NCBI GenBank assembly: GCA_907165135.1
Contig: OU015569.1
Span: 10,850,001-10,914,000, forward strand
Reading direction: 5' to 3'
Length of the DNA: 64,000 bases
Source of the DNA: Oikopleura dioica
Taxonomy: Eukaryota > Animalia > Chordata
This document shows positions 61,937 through 64,000 of the stretch, piece by piece. Under the pieces are notes generated by a model. That model worked only from the letters and a program-made list of their open reading frames with translations. It searched no databases and was not told the DNA's origin. Made by a program: the position numbers and the translations under genes. Position 1 is the first letter of the stretch; every line of letters starts with the position of its first letter.

Positions 61937-64000
61937 TTACTCAATGCCATGAACTTTTTTGGAATAGTCGTAAAACGGATCGTTGGGATCCTCATTTTTG
62001 AACAGGTCTTTAAGCTTCTTTGCCATCTTCGGGTTCTTTTGATAAAAGCCAGTGAGGAAGTATCTTGTAGCTGATTTCCAGGCGCCAGAGCCGCGGAGAC
62101 GGCTTAGCTTGCCAAGAATGGACAAGCCTTTAGGCTCGTCTCCAGAATACATGGCCAGCAATCCCTCAAAAAAGCGGCCCATCGGCTGGGATCGCTCGTA
62201 GTCACTGAGCTTCTTGAGTAGAAGCTCACTGATCTCGATGCAGTTTTCCTTTTAGAGTTTACAAAGAGGCTATTCTCAACAGTGATAACTGGTAATTCAA
62301 CTCAAACTCTTTCCTTTTCATCGCCTCCGGCCTTGATCAACGCCATTGCTTCGACAAGAACCTCAAAAACTTTATATTTGTTCGCTTTGGAAGCATCGAA
62401 TCCAAGCAGATGTGCTTTTAACGCTTCTTCTGGCATGTTATCCGACTTTGCCTTGGTTGCTGAAAAGGATATTATGTCTTTCGGGTTCATTAAGTGACTC
62501 TTACCCATTAGATCCGGTAGCCAGTTAGGAAGATTTTCTTCATTGTCTTCCATGAGCATCATGATCGTCGTAACATTGATAGGGGTGTTTTGAAGGACCA
62601 GTTCCTCGCCTTGCTTTGCTAGAGCGGCTAGTGTCGCTAGAACCGGTATGTGCAGCTCCTCTGCGATCTCGTCATTCTCCAGTCGACGAGCTACTTCCTT
62701 TGAAATGTCAGAATGCACACATCCCGATATTCGCATCAATCCACAAAGTGCCCAGACGTTCCAGGCATCATATGGTCCAGCGGCGATTTCGTTAAAATAT
62801 AGTTCTTGAACTTTTTCGACGCGAGTAATGTTCTCATTGTTTACTTCCCTTCCGAAAGCTCGCAAATGTTCCGCTGCTTTCACATTGTCGAAGCTGGCAG
62901 CAAATGCGTTTTTGATCTTTACGTCCCACGGGCACTTGTGTCTCGCAGCTGCAATTGCTTTGTGCGCTTTGAAACCGGCTCGCCCGACCATCGCGAGTTT
63001 CGTCGAGGAAGCGATGGAAATGTTCTTCGGGTTCGTGTCATCGTGGATAACAAATGGAATAGCTGCATTTATCTGCTCGTGTTTCAGCAAAAGTTTCGCC
63101 AGAAGAACTCTTGGTTTCTGATTCAGTGGATTTCGAAGTATCGCTTTGCCACACAGCGCCTTTGCTTTATTGAGATCGCCACGGACTACCGCTGCTCGGA
63201 CATTGATTTCTACAGCCACATCTCTATCTTCGGGGAGTTTTGAAGCTTCTTTCGCGACTGCATCCATGAGCTCTTGGTCTTGTTCAAGCCAGCCAACAAC
63301 AGAAAGATACTTGATCGCCTGTTGCTTGATAAAAGAAGGTGCTCTGGTGAAAACTTCGAACAAGTAAGTCTTCGCTTCATTGATCAGGCCTTGCTTCACA
63401 TGCGCTAGACCACAGTACAGCTTCGCCAGCTGATGACTTGGATTTTTGGCGAGAACTTTTTTAAAGAATTCCCCAGCCAAAGCAACCTCATCGCATTGCA
63501 TCAAAATATTACCGATTTGAAAGTTTTCTTCCTCGACTTCGGAATCGTCGAATTCTTCGATTAACTCCAGCGCTTCAGCTAAATAACCAGCTTTGGCATA
63601 GTTCCTAGCGCTGTGAATTTTTTCTCCAGCTTGTTTCCAGGCTTCTGCAGCGGAATGGTGGTGCTTGAGTTTTTCAGCCAAAACCGCGTGGACTTTGTGT
63701 TCTTTTGGAGTCAAGGGGTAAGTGTTGGCGGCTTTTAAGATGTGAGTTAACGCGTTGACGATTATCTGTTCGCTCTGGTTATGAATGTTCTTGGCGATGT
63801 AAAATGCATACGCCAGGGCAGCCTGGCGAGAGGCGAGCTCTGCAGAGTGACGTGACAGATCGACAGAGTCTGGATCGGCGATCGCTCGTGCAATTTCGGC
63901 CTGGCCATTCCAAGCCTGTGCGTTTTCCGGATCTGCACTTTGTGCGCGGCTGAACGCTTGATTCGACATGCGCAGATTTTCCTGGTTGAAGTACAAGATG
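61937..64000 (-). CDS. TTC37: Superkiller complex TPR subunit SKI3/TTC37, 3' part (gene continues beyond the window)
   Basis: AFSRAQSADPENAQAWNGQAEIA...SVDLSRHSAEL...AALAY matches the TTC37 segment AFKMAQSLDP..CWIGQALIAE...MDLFRHTTEL. TPR-like helices; last exon 61937-~62248. Confidence 0.8.

Noticed and set aside
1-64000. tRNA, rRNA, snRNA, canonical SL RNA or autonomous transposase/RT genes
   Set aside because: None recognised by eye; a covariance-model search would be needed to exclude small RNAs.

Overview
Compact, AT-rich eukaryotic animal DNA with about 25 multi-exon genes. Many introns are 35-110 nt, and several have GA-AG or GC-AG ends. Together with TCTAGA motifs and gene content, this fits an appendicularian tunicate (Oikopleura-like); the species call is inference. 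Recognisable genes: 3' end of RPA2, ABCB6/HMT1-like transporter, inactive-looking secreted PLA2-like protein, EMI+collagen protein, a Thr-rich mucin/trypsin mosaic protease, SLC7 amino-acid transporter, an FN3-like secreted protein carrying a frameshift, claudin, HS3ST-like sulfotransferase, ShK+thyroglobulin-repeat protein, TPPP/p25, Na+/K+-ATPase alpha, a membrane+ankyrin protein and the 3' part of SKI3/TTC37. Many MITEs are present, including at least five hAT-type elements with 8-bp TSDs. The best leads are: (1) a 90-bp hAT MITE inside a coding exon that can be removed in frame as a GT-AG intron; (2) a 113-aa secreted Glu/Arg-rich protein with a gamma-carboxylase-type propeptide, a candidate invertebrate Gla-rich protein; (3) an intron-containing Gag-like/coiled-coil/SGNH-esterase gene, possibly a domesticated retroelement ORF; (4) small inverted-repeat elements with unrelated arms that all enclose CCCTAA telomere seeds; (5) three TCTAGA-linked short spliced leaders sharing a GTCCGA...AAGAG|GTAAT motif. 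Gene models were assembled by eye, so some ends are approximate.
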